A stretch of DNA of 36,040 bases from Candidatus Krumholzibacteriia bacterium (lineage in GTDB: Bacteria > Krumholzibacteriota > Krumholzibacteriia > LZORAL124-64-63). The stretch covers positions 1 through 36,040 of the forward strand of contig JAZBOO010000323.1 of assembly GCA_036351155.1 (NCBI GenBank). Direction: 5' to 3'. Positions 26,109 through 34,858 of the stretch are shown here, piece by piece. Under the pieces are notes generated by a model, which saw only the letters and a program-made list of their open reading frames with translations, was not told the origin of the DNA and searched no databases. Both the position numbers and the translations under genes were made by a program. How positions within the stretch are numbered: position 1 is the first letter of the stretch; each line of letters begins with the position of its first letter.

Positions 26109-26183
26109 TGATTTTCCGATGGCGGACGGGTATTCCCTGCCCTCCGAACACGCCGACCACCGCCGAAATCAAGGAGCCGGTTC

Positions 26184-27584
26184 ATGGACCATTCCTTTGA
26201 GCCCTATCGCATCAAGGTTGTCGAGAAGATCCAACGTGTCAGCCGTGAGGAACGGGTCAAGTACCTGCGTGAAGCGGGCTACAACGTTTTCAAGGTGCCT
26301 TCGGAGGCCATCTACGTGGATCTGCTGACCGACAGCGGCACCAGCGCCATGAGCGACCTGCAATGGGCCGCCATGATGGCCGGGGACGAGGCTTATGCCT
26401 GCAGCAAATCCTTTGCCGACTTCGAAACCACGATCCGCGATATCTTCGGTTACAAGCACGTCATCCCGACTCACCAGGGGCGGGCTGCTGAAGGGATCCT
26501 GTTCACGGCCACCGTCAAGCCCGGCCAGGTGATTCCCAACAACATTCACTTCGACACCACCCGGGCCAACGTGGAGCACATCGGGGCCATCGCCCTGGAT
26601 TGTGTGGCCGATGCCGGCCTGGATCCCATGCTCGAGGCACCCTTCAAGGGCGACATGTCTCTGGCCAAGCTGGAGGCGGCTTTCGAGAAGTACGGTCGTG
26701 ACCGGATCCCGTTCGTGATGCTCACCATCACCAACAACAGCGGGGGAGGGCAGCCTGTTTCGCTGGCCAACATGAAGGCTGTGTCCGAGTTCTGTCATCG
26801 TCTGGACGTGCCCCTGATCTACGATGCCTGCCGCTTTGCCGAGAACGCCTGGTTCATCCAGCAGCGGGAAGAGGGCTACGGCGAGAAGAGCATCAAAGAT
26901 ATCTGCCACGAGATGTTTGCCCTGGGCGATGGCTGCACCATGAGCGCCAAGAAGGATGCCCTGGTGAACATCGGCGGCTTCCTGTGCCTGAACGATGACA
27001 CCTGGGCCCAGACCTGCACCAACCTGCTCATTCTGCGCGAGGGGTTTCCGACCTACGGGGGACTGGCCGGACGTGATCTGGCCGCGGTGGCCCAGGGGTT
27101 GCGCGAGGTCATGGATCCTGACTACCTGGCGTATCGGATCGGTCAGGTGGCCCGACTGGGTCGGCGTCTGGACGAGCTGGGTGTGCCCTACCTGCGCCCG
27201 ACCGGGGGGCATGCGGTTTACATCGATGCCCTGAAGTGTCTGCCCCATATTCCGCAGAATCAGTTTCCCGCCCAGGTCTTCACTGCCGCTCTGTACCTCG
27301 AAGGCGGGGTGCGCGGGGTGGAAATCGGCAGCCTGATGTTCGAGCACGTGGACCCGGACACCGGGCTGATGGTGCCTCCGGCCATGGAGCTGGTCCGGCT
27401 GGCCATACCCCGCCGGGTGTACACGCATACCCAGCTGGATTATGTGGCCGAGTCCTGCGCCCGGGTCATGGAGATCGGGGACAAGCTGAGGGGCCTGGAA
27501 ATCCTCTGGGAACCCCCTTCCCTCAGGCATTTCACGGCCAGGCTGCAGCCGGTCGGTGGCGGCAAGATGATTGCCGAGGACTGA
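26184..27584 (+). CDS. tnaA: Tryptophanase (PLP-dependent beta-eliminating lyase)
   Basis: EPYRIKVVE, VDLLTDSGT, GDEAYA, HQGRAAE, TITNN, PLP-lysine motif MSAKKD, C-terminal LRHFTARL. SAKKD and His match tryptophanase; tyrosine phenol-lyase has SGKKD and LRFFT. Confidence 0.88.
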   Translation: MDHSFEPYRIKVVEKIQRVSREERVKYLREAGYNVFKVPSEAIYVDLLTDSGTSAMSDLQWAAMMAGDEAYACSKSFADFETTIRDIFGYKHVIPTHQGRAAEGILFTATVKPGQVIPNNIHFDTTRANVEHIGAIALDCVADAGLDPMLEAPFKGDMSLAKLEAAFEKYGRDRIPFVMLTITNNSGGGQPVSLANMKAVSEFCHRLDVPLIYDACRFAENAWFIQQREEGYGEKSIKDICHEMFALGDGCTMSAKKDALVNIGGFLCLNDDTWAQTCTNLLILREGFPTYGGLAGRDLAAVAQGLREVMDPDYLAYRIGQVARLGRRLDELGVPYLRPTGGHAVYIDALKCLPHIPQNQFPAQVFTAALYLEGGVRGVEIGSLMFEHVDPDTGLMVPPAMELVRLAIPRRVYTHTQLDYVAESCARVMEIGDKLRGLEILWEPPSLRHFTARLQPVGGGKMIAED

Positions 27585-27599
27585 CCTGAAGGAGTGACC

Positions 27600-28268
27600 G
27601 TGGTCACAGAGACGACCGTGTGGGATTGCCAGGGACCGGACCCGGACTGGTGTCGGTTGGCCGGTTCCCTGTTTCCTGCGGTGACAGCCAACCTGGAACT
27701 GTCCCGGTATTTTGCTCGGATCCACCTCTGGGCAGACGAGTCTCCCGCCGAGGAAAGCCCCTGGTTTTCCTTCGCTCCGGTCCAGGGAGAAGACGGCGAC
27801 CGTCGTGAGCTGACCCTGTTCTGCAGCAGCCGATCATTTGCTCCGGTGCGCAACCTTCAGGGGCCGGAGTCCGCGGCCCGGCAGGTGTGGGAAGCTCATG
27901 AAGGGGCCTGGTTGCCGGACAATGAACTCCACCGGGATTTCGATCTCGACCAGGGAGCCAAATTCCTGCACCACAACCTTCTGCTGGCGAGGGATCTGGT
28001 CAGCGGCGAGGGGCAACTGGACCGCGTGCCCCGGGAACTGGTGGAGGGATATCAGGCCGCCTGGGAGGTGGTGATTGATGGGCGCCTGGCCCGCCTGTCC
28101 CTGCCCGGTTACAGTCTGGCGGAAAGACGGGCCCGCTTCAGCCGTCTGTTCTCCTCCGCGGGAGTTTTGCTTCCGGACCACTGGCAGGTTTTCCAGTCCC
28201 TGTGGGAAGGCGGGCTCTCCACAGGTGGTGACGTGCGGGCGGTATTGCGGCAATTGCCCCAGCTTTGA
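27600..28268 (+). CDS. Hypothetical protein
   Basis: ORF of about 222 aa directly after tnaA, with a GAAGGAG RBS before GTG 27600; fills the gap. Confidence 0.7.
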   Translation: MVTETTVWDCQGPDPDWCRLAGSLFPAVTANLELSRYFARIHLWADESPAEESPWFSFAPVQGEDGDRRELTLFCSSRSFAPVRNLQGPESAARQVWEAHEGAWLPDNELHRDFDLDQGAKFLHHNLLLARDLVSGEGQLDRVPRELVEGYQAAWEVVIDGRLARLSLPGYSLAERRARFSRLFSSAGVLLPDHWQVFQSLWEGGLSTGGDVRAVLRQLPQL

Positions 28269-28358
28269 GATTTCCGGCCCTTTTTGCCGCCTGTCGCCAA
28301 GGAATGCATTTGCTTTTTTCGTGCTGATGCCCCAATTTCATGGGGTTGCACACAACGG

Positions 28359-28387
28359 TTGACGAGTGATCTGTGCGGTCCTAACAT
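28359..28387 (+). promoter_or_regulatory. Putative sigma70 promoter for the lipoprotein gene
   Basis: TTGACG-17 nt-TAACAT. Confidence 0.6.
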
Positions 28388-28471
28388 GCGACGGCATTCA
28401 GGATCGTCAGTTGATTCAACGCCTTGCATCCCACCGGCAAGGCATCGAAAGTACCCTTAGGGAGGTTGTTC

Positions 28472-29368
28472 ATGTTCGGTGTTTCTTCCCCGCGTCGTTG
28501 GGTCTTGTCCCTGGTGCTGGGCCTGACTGTCCTGACTTTTGTCGGCCTGACAGGTTGCAGCAAAGAGGAAGTTGTCGATCCCTACGTTTACGATTCTGTC
28601 CGCAGGGTCATGGATGGCGACACCCTGAGTGTCGGCTTCTTGTTCGAGATCGATGCCCCCGAGGTGGAGTATGTCGCCGGTGACGTGGCCGTGATGCGCA
28701 ACGGCAACCTGCTCAACTTCCTGGTTGGCCAGGATCTGGAAAACAACTATGCCGGTCTGCGTGGCTCCCTGCTGGGCGTCAAGAAAACCTTCACGCCTCA
28801 GCCCACCCACCTGGTCATTCAGCGGATCAAGCGTGACGGTCTGGTGGTCGAGGACAGCATTCCCGCCCCCAAGGGCTACGTGCTGCCCCGCCTGCTGCGG
28901 GCCGGTGCCATCTCCCAGGATCTGCCTGGCGCGCCTCTGCCTGACGTGGGTTACCGGGCCGCCGGCATCAAGGAAGCTCAAGCGACCTATCTGCCCGAAA
29001 ACGAGGGCGATCCGGTCAAGACCATCAAGAGCGCCTTTGCCAACTTCGTCTACCAGCCCCGCTTCGATCTGCCTGAAGCCGCCGAGGGCGAAGCTCCGGC
29101 CCAGCTGACCGAAGAGGATTATGCCTGGTACGCCATCGGGAGCGAATGCTTCTTCGAGATCGTCGATCTGACCGAGGGTGCCGAGTACATGATGCACCTG
29201 CTCCTGGACAAGGACCTTCCTTTGATCGGTGCCTTCACGGTCACCGAGCTGGAAGACGCCTATGCCGTACGGAAGGTTGACCACGAGGGTCTGGGCCACT
29301 ACGTGGGCAAGATCCGGGTCAACTGGTTCCAGTACGCCAACACCTACATCGAGGCCTTCCAGGAATAA
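28472..29368 (+). CDS. Uncharacterised lipoprotein
   Basis: GGAGG RBS; basic then hydrophobic signal ending in lipobox LTGC; strong GC3 codon bias; own promoter and terminator. Confidence 0.85.
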   Translation: MFGVSSPRRWVLSLVLGLTVLTFVGLTGCSKEEVVDPYVYDSVRRVMDGDTLSVGFLFEIDAPEVEYVAGDVAVMRNGNLLNFLVGQDLENNYAGLRGSLLGVKKTFTPQPTHLVIQRIKRDGLVVEDSIPAPKGYVLPRLLRAGAISQDLPGAPLPDVGYRAAGIKEAQATYLPENEGDPVKTIKSAFANFVYQPRFDLPEAAEGEAPAQLTEEDYAWYAIGSECFFEIVDLTEGAEYMMHLLLDKDLPLIGAFTVTELEDAYAVRKVDHEGLGHYVGKIRVNWFQYANTYIEAFQE

Positions 29369-29398
29369 CCTGGATTCAGCGCCTCGCGCAGGAAACAG

Positions 29399-29431
29399 AA
29401 CAGCGGTCCCATTGGTGGGACCGCTGTTTTT
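29399..29431 (+). terminator. Intrinsic terminator between convergent lipoprotein and pfkA genes, possibly bidirectional
   Basis: 13-bp perfect stem AACAGCGGTCCCA-TTGG-TGGGACCGCTGTT ending in a T run. Confidence 0.88.
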
Positions 29432-29460
29432 CTTCACCTGTGACCCTGAGGTCAGCCTCG

Positions 29461-30420
29461 TCAGACCAGCTTCTCCATCAGCCGAGCATCTCTGAGCACG
29501 GCCTTGGGGGAAACCTTGGTCTTCTTTTCCAGGCTGGAGGTCTTGAACTTGTTGGAAACGATCCCCACCATCAAGCCATGCTGCCCCTCGAAGAGCATCT
29601 CGGTGGCGCGGTAACCCATGCGAGAGGCCAGGATGCGATCGTAGCCGCTGGGACTACCGCCCCGCTGGACATGCCCCAGAACCACCATGCGCACGCCTCG
29701 CTGCAGGCGCTCCTGGAGCTCGAAGGTGACGTACGAAGCCTTGCCCGCTCCCTCGGCCACGATGACCAGGGCATGGGATTTGCCCCGGGAGTAGCCTTCC
29801 TTGATGCGGCGGGCCACCTCGTCGATGCTGTAGGGGATTTCCGGCAACAGCACCTCCTCGGCCCCGGTGGCGATGGCGGTCTGGGCGGCCAGCAGCCCGT
29901 ACTCGCGTCCCATGACCTCGATGACGAAGATGCGCCCGTGGCTGGTCGCGGTGTCGCGCACCTTGTCCACCGCCTCGATGGCGATGTTCAGGGCGGTGTC
30001 AAACCCGATGGACATGTCGGTGCCGGGTATGTCGTTGTCGATGGTGGCAGGCACGCCCACCACCGGAAGATTGAAATCTCTCTGCAGCTTGGCAGCCCCC
30101 CGGAAACTTCCGTCGCCTCCGATGATCACCATGCCGTCCAGGTTGAGCTCCTTGAGGGTCTTGCCCACCGGACCGGTGACGTCCTCGGTGGCGAACTGAG
30201 GATAGCGAAAGGTGCGCAGGATGGTGCCGCCCTTGTCCAGGATCCCGCTGACGGAACCGGGGCTCATGACCCTGTAATCTCCTTCGGCCAGACCTTCCCA
30301 GCCCCGATTGATTCCGATCACCTCGGCGCCATGCTGCCAGGCGGTCCGGACAACTGCGCGCAGGGCGGGGTTCATGCCGGAGGCATCGCCGCCACCGGTC
30401 AACACACCAATCCTTTTCAT
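29461..30420 (-). CDS. pfkA: ATP-dependent 6-phosphofructokinase
   Basis: IGVLTGGGDASGMN, GGTIL, GGDGS, PATIDND, IGFDTA, EVMGR, LGHVQRGG; ATGA overlap with rarA. Confidence 0.95.
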   Translation of the reverse strand: MKRIGVLTGGGDASGMNPALRAVVRTAWQHGAEVIGINRGWEGLAEGDYRVMSPGSVSGILDKGGTILRTFRYPQFATEDVTGPVGKTLKELNLDGMVIIGGDGSFRGAAKLQRDFNLPVVGVPATIDNDIPGTDMSIGFDTALNIAIEAVDKVRDTATSHGRIFVIEVMGREYGLLAAQTAIATGAEEVLLPEIPYSIDEVARRIKEGYSRGKSHALVIVAEGAGKASYVTFELQERLQRGVRMVVLGHVQRGGSPSGYDRILASRMGYRATEMLFEGQHGLMVGIVSNKFKTSSLEKKTKVSPKAVLRDARLMEKLV

Positions 30421-31835
30421 TCCTTGTCTCCTTGGTCGCTCTTGCTTTCACCGGCTGGCTGGTGTCTGTTTCGACGCTTCAGGTGCCATTGCCTGATTTT
30501 TTCCATGCGATCGGCCAGCTCGGCCTCGTAGCCGCGCTTGCCGGGCTGGTAGTAGATACGATCGGCCAGCGTTTCGGGCAAGCAACTCATTTCTGCCACG
30601 CCCTCGGGGGTATCGTGGGCATACACATAATCCTTGCCGAAATTCAGATCTTTCATCAGACGGGTCGGAGCGTTCCTCAGATGCAGGGGCACGGGAGGGT
30701 TGTGGCCTCGGGCGACCTCCTTCTGGGCGACCTTGTACCCGCGGTACAGGGCATTGCTCTTGGGGGACAGAGCCAGGTAGACGGCGGCCTGGGCCAGGGC
30801 CAGGGCCCCTTCGGGCATGCCGAGAAAGTGGACCGCGTCCCTGGCCGCCAGAGCCTGGGGCAGAGCCCCCGGGTCGGCCAGGCCCACATCCTCGCTGGCA
30901 AAGCGCACCAGGCGTCGGGCGATGTACAGGGGATCTTCCCCGCCCTCGAGCATCCGGGTCAACCAGTACACGCTCGCCTGGACATCGCTGTTGCGGAGGC
31001 TCTTGTGCAGGGCCGAGATGATGTTGAAATGTTCGTCCCCGCCCTTGTCGTAGCGGGCTGCCCGCCCCTGCAGAAGACGCTCGAGGTCCTCGAGGGTCAC
31101 CGATCGGGATCCGGTGTCCGCCATGTCGGCGGAGGCGGCCGCGCACAGGGTTTCCAGAAGCCCAAGCCCCGCTCGGGCGTCGCCTTCGCTCATCTCGGCC
31201 AGGGCGCCGAGGACCTCGTCTTCGATGTCCAGCTGGAGACGAGAGAGTTCATGGTCCTCGGTCAGTGCGCGGTTCAAGAGGATCTGGACATGGGAGGGAG
31301 CCAGGGGTTTCAGAACGAACAGCCGGGTCCGCGAAATCAGAGCGCTGTTGATCTCGAAGCTGGGATTCTCCGTGGTGGCCCCCACCAGGGTCACATCGCC
31401 ACGCTCCACCCAGGGCAACAGAGCGTCTTGCTGGGCCTTGTTGAAGCGATGGATCTCATCCAGGAAAAGGATGGTGTGCTGGCCCGTCGCGCGTCGGTAT
31501 TTCTCCGATTCGCCCATGACGCCCTTGAGTTCCTTGGAACCCACCGCCACGGCACTGTACTCCAGGAAGCGGGCGTTCGTGTGGTTGGCCAGCAAGCGCG
31601 CGAGGGTGGTTTTTCCGCAGCCGGGAGGACCCCAGAACAGGAGAGAGGGCAGTCCATCTCCCTTGAGCAGCAGCCGCAGGGGACCCTGCGGTCCCAGGAG
31701 GTCCTCCTGTCCCACCACCTCATCCAGATGACGGGGGCGCATACGGTCAGCCAGGGGAATCTGGCGGGATTCCTCTCTGGGTTTTTCTTGGGAGGGTTCC
31801 GGGTCACCGGAAGTGGAAAAGAGATCCTTGTTCAT
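30417..31835 (-). CDS. rarA: Replication-associated recombination protein A (RarA/MgsA AAA+ ATPase)
   Basis: PLADRMRP, GPPGCGKTT, FLDEIHRFNKAQQDALLP, GATTENPSF, ISALHKS, ASEDVGLADP, VPLHLRNAPT. Confidence 0.97.
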   Translation of the reverse strand: MNKDLFSTSGDPEPSQEKPREESRQIPLADRMRPRHLDEVVGQEDLLGPQGPLRLLLKGDGLPSLLFWGPPGCGKTTLARLLANHTNARFLEYSAVAVGSKELKGVMGESEKYRRATGQHTILFLDEIHRFNKAQQDALLPWVERGDVTLVGATTENPSFEINSALISRTRLFVLKPLAPSHVQILLNRALTEDHELSRLQLDIEDEVLGALAEMSEGDARAGLGLLETLCAAASADMADTGSRSVTLEDLERLLQGRAARYDKGGDEHFNIISALHKSLRNSDVQASVYWLTRMLEGGEDPLYIARRLVRFASEDVGLADPGALPQALAARDAVHFLGMPEGALALAQAAVYLALSPKSNALYRGYKVAQKEVARGHNPPVPLHLRNAPTRLMKDLNFGKDYVYAHDTPEGVAEMSCLPETLADRIYYQPGKRGYEAELADRMEKIRQWHLKRRNRHQPAGESKSDQGDKE

Positions 31836-31842
31836 GGGCCCC

Positions 31843-31904
31843 ATATTACCTCGACAGGGCTTGCAGGCAAGAAGATTGACGCGCCCGGTTGCGGGCACTA
31901 CCCT
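31843..31904. promoter_or_regulatory. Back-to-back divergent promoters for rarA (minus) and deoB-cdd (plus)
   Basis: Minus: TTGCCT-16 nt-TAATAT (-10 at 31848-31843). Plus: TTGACG (31876-31881)-17 nt-TACCCT (31899-31904). Confidence 0.55.
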
Positions 31905-31941
31905 GCCAGGATCGTTTAACCTCTCAAGGAGATATGGCAAC

Positions 31942-33540
31942 ATGGCCAAAGCAGTGTTGATCGTGCTGGATGGGCTGGGCGTGGGCAACGCTCCGGACGC
32001 GGCGCAATATGGTGACGAAGGCAGTGATACCCTGGCCAACATGGCCGCCGCCGTGGGGGGGGTGCACCTGCCCAACCTGGAGCGCCTGGGGCTGGGCAAC
32101 CTGCACCAGATTCCGGGTGTGTCACCGGTGGATCAACCGCGGGCCAGTTTTGGCCGCCTGCAGGAAATCTCCGCCGGAAAAGATTCGACCACCGGACACT
32201 GGGAGCTGATGGGGCTGGTCATCGACGAGGCCTTTCCCACCTATCCCGACGGATTCCCGCAGGAGATCCTGGACAGGTTCACCGAGCTGACGGGTTACGG
32301 GGTTCTGGGCAACAAGGCGGCCAGCGGAACGGCCATCATCGAGGAACTGGGCGATGAGCATCTGGCCACCGGCAAGCTCATCGTTTACACCTCGGCCGAC
32401 AGTGTATTCCAGATTGCCGCCCATGATCAGGTGTGTGATCTGAAGGAACTTTACCGGGTGTGTGAAATTGCCCGGGAAATGCTGGTGGCGCCCCACCAGG
32501 TGAGCCGGGTCATCGCCCGACCATTCACCGGTCCCAGCGGGAACTTCAAACGGACCCCGGACCGACACGATTATTCCATCACACCGCCGGCGGGCCTGGC
32601 TCTGACGGCGCTGCAGGAAGCCGGGGTGACGGTGCACTCCATCGGCAAGATCTACGATCTGTATGCCGGAACGGGCATCGACCACACCTACCCCTCCAAG
32701 AGCAATGCCCAGGGGATGGCCAAGCTGCTGGACCTGTACGCCGGCTGCTCCGATGAACAGGCGCTGATCATGCTCAACCTGGTGGATTTCGACATGTTGT
32801 GGGGGCATCGGAACGACCCCGAGGGCATGAAGGAAGGTCTGGAAATTTTCGACGCCTGGTTGCCCGGTTTCCTGGGGACCATGGAACCGGGAGACTTGCT
32901 GCTGATGACCGCGGACCACGGCAACGACCCGACCACCCCCAGCACCGACCATTCTCGTGAGCTGGTCCCGGTGCTGGCCTTTCTGAAGGGGTGGGAGCAA
33001 GGAAAAGACCTGGGGATCCGGGAAGGGTTCATGGACGTGGCCGCCACATTCACGCATTTCTTCGGGGCCGATTCGCCTCGAAAAGGGCGGAGCTTTCTCC
33101 CGGAGGTCCTCGGGATGGATGCGGAGGAAGAGGCCCTGGTGCAGGCGGCCTGTGATGCGCGGGCTCGAAGCTATTCTCCCTATTCCGGATTTCGGGTGGG
33201 GGCGGCGCTGCGGGCCGAGGACGGATCGGTTTTCACCGGCACCAACGTGGAAAACGCCAGCTTCGGCCTGAGCAACTGCGCCGAAAGGACTGCGGTCTTC
33301 CGGGCGGTGACCGAGGGCCATCAACATTTTTCGACCATCGCCGTCTGTGCCGATGGACCCTGGCCCACCCCGCCGTGCGGAGCCTGCCGGCAGGTGTTGC
33401 TGGAATTCGGGCCGGACATGAAGGTGCTGCTGGCGGGGGACCGGGGACTGGATGGTCCCGTGCGGGTGTTCACCGCCAGGCAGCTGGTCCCGGAAGCTTT
33501 TCTCAGTTTCGATGCGCACACCAGGGGGGGCACGTCATGA
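31942..33540 (+). CDS. deoB: Phosphopentomutase fused to cytidine deaminase (532 aa)
   Basis: DeoB part: LIVLDGLGVG, GKDSTTGHWE, YTSADSVFQIAAH, RVIARPF, NLVDFDMLWGHRND, TADHGNDP. Cdd part from 33115: SYSPYSGFRVGAAL, NVENASFG, CAERTA, PCGACRQ. No stop between them. Confidence 0.92.
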   Translation: MAKAVLIVLDGLGVGNAPDAAQYGDEGSDTLANMAAAVGGVHLPNLERLGLGNLHQIPGVSPVDQPRASFGRLQEISAGKDSTTGHWELMGLVIDEAFPTYPDGFPQEILDRFTELTGYGVLGNKAASGTAIIEELGDEHLATGKLIVYTSADSVFQIAAHDQVCDLKELYRVCEIAREMLVAPHQVSRVIARPFTGPSGNFKRTPDRHDYSITPPAGLALTALQEAGVTVHSIGKIYDLYAGTGIDHTYPSKSNAQGMAKLLDLYAGCSDEQALIMLNLVDFDMLWGHRNDPEGMKEGLEIFDAWLPGFLGTMEPGDLLLMTADHGNDPTTPSTDHSRELVPVLAFLKGWEQGKDLGIREGFMDVAATFTHFFGADSPRKGRSFLPEVLGMDAEEEALVQAACDARARSYSPYSGFRVGAALRAEDGSVFTGTNVENASFGLSNCAERTAVFRAVTEGHQHFSTIAVCADGPWPTPPCGACRQVLLEFGPDMKVLLAGDRGLDGPVRVFTARQLVPEAFLSFDAHTRGGTS

Positions 33541-34853
33541 ACATCCTGGAAATCATCGAGGCCAAGAAGCAAGGCCTGGAGCTGAGCTCCGAACAGATTC
33601 ACCACGTGGTGACCGGGTTCACCGGGGAGACTTTTCCGGTGTATCAGATGTCGGCTTTTCTCATGGCTGTGTGGTTCCGGGGCATGACCCCCCAGGAAAC
33701 CGCCGCCTTGACCGGAGCCATGCTGGAGTCGGGAGAGCAGCTGGACACCAGTGGCCTGGGCGGCCCCACGGCAGACAAGCACAGCACCGGGGGAGTGGGA
33801 GACAAGGTGAGCCTGCTACTGGCGCCACTGGCGGCGGCCTGCGGGTTGAAGGTGCCCATGCTCTCGGGCCGGGGCCTGGGGCACACCGGGGGCACCCTGG
33901 ACAAGCTGGAAGCCATCCCCGGGTACCGGATCCACCTGGACAACTCGGAGTTCCTGGAAATCGTCCGGGACAAGGGGTGTGCCATCATGGGGCAGAGCGG
34001 ATCCATTGCTCCGGCCGATGGAAAAATCTACGCCCTGCGCGACGTCACGGCGACCGTGGACTGCGTGCCCCTGATCACGGGTTCCATCATGTCCAAGAAG
34101 CTGGCGGCCGGACCGCAGACCATCGTCATCGACCTGAAAACCGGATCGGGCGCTTTCATGCGCGGTCTGGACCAGGCGCGAGAGCTGGCCGCGGCCCTGG
34201 TGGCGACCGGCCGCAGCTACGGGCGCAAGATGTCGGTGGTTTTTTCCGACATGGACCAGCCCCTGGGGGTGGCGGTGGGGCACGCCAACGAAACCATCGA
34301 GGCCTTTGCCGCCCTGCGTCCCGGCGGTCGAGTCACCGGGCCCAGGGACCTGGTGGATCTGACGGTGGACCTGACGGCCGAGATGGTCCGGGTGTCCGGT
34401 GTGCGTCCCGACCGAGCCGGTGCCTACGCGCTGGTCGAGGAGGTGTGGGATTCAGGGGCGGCTTTCCAGGCCATGCTGGAATGGGTGGCGGCCCAGGGCG
34501 GACGGCTGGAACCGGAGCGCGAAGATTTCGGCCTCGCGGTGGCTCCCGTGGCCATGGAAGTGAAGGTGGAACGCGCAGGTTGGCTGGCCGGGATCGATGC
34601 CCGGCAGGTGGGACTGGCCCTGGCCGACATGGGCGGCGCCCGCCGCAAGGTGGAGGATCCGCTGGATCTGAGCTGTGGCATCGCCTTCCTGTCGGCCATT
34701 GGTGACCACCTGGAAGCAGGGGCCCCCCTGGCCGTGATCTCCTGTGACAGGGCCGACCAGGCCGTCCTGGCGGCGTCGCGGATTCTCAAGGCTGTGTCCA
34801 TCCGCGAAGATGAGGTGCCGCCTCGTCCACTGATCATCGACCGGGTCGAATAG
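33537..34853 (+). CDS. pdp: Pyrimidine-nucleoside/thymidine phosphorylase
   Basis: YQMSAFLMA, DKHSTGGVGDK, SGRGLGHTGGTLDKLEAIPG, YALRDVTATV, SIMSKK, KTGSGAFM; ATGA overlap with the upstream stop. Confidence 0.96.
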   Translation: MNILEIIEAKKQGLELSSEQIHHVVTGFTGETFPVYQMSAFLMAVWFRGMTPQETAALTGAMLESGEQLDTSGLGGPTADKHSTGGVGDKVSLLLAPLAAACGLKVPMLSGRGLGHTGGTLDKLEAIPGYRIHLDNSEFLEIVRDKGCAIMGQSGSIAPADGKIYALRDVTATVDCVPLITGSIMSKKLAAGPQTIVIDLKTGSGAFMRGLDQARELAAALVATGRSYGRKMSVVFSDMDQPLGVAVGHANETIEAFAALRPGGRVTGPRDLVDLTVDLTAEMVRVSGVRPDRAGAYALVEEVWDSGAAFQAMLEWVAAQGGRLEPEREDFGLAVAPVAMEVKVERAGWLAGIDARQVGLALADMGGARRKVEDPLDLSCGIAFLSAIGDHLEAGAPLAVISCDRADQAVLAASRILKAVSIREDEVPPRPLIIDRVE

Positions 34854-34858
34854 GCTGA

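Noticed and set aside
26184..27584. Tyrosine phenol-lyase assignment
   Set aside because: SAKKD and LRHFT match tryptophanase, not TPL (SGKKD, LRFFT).
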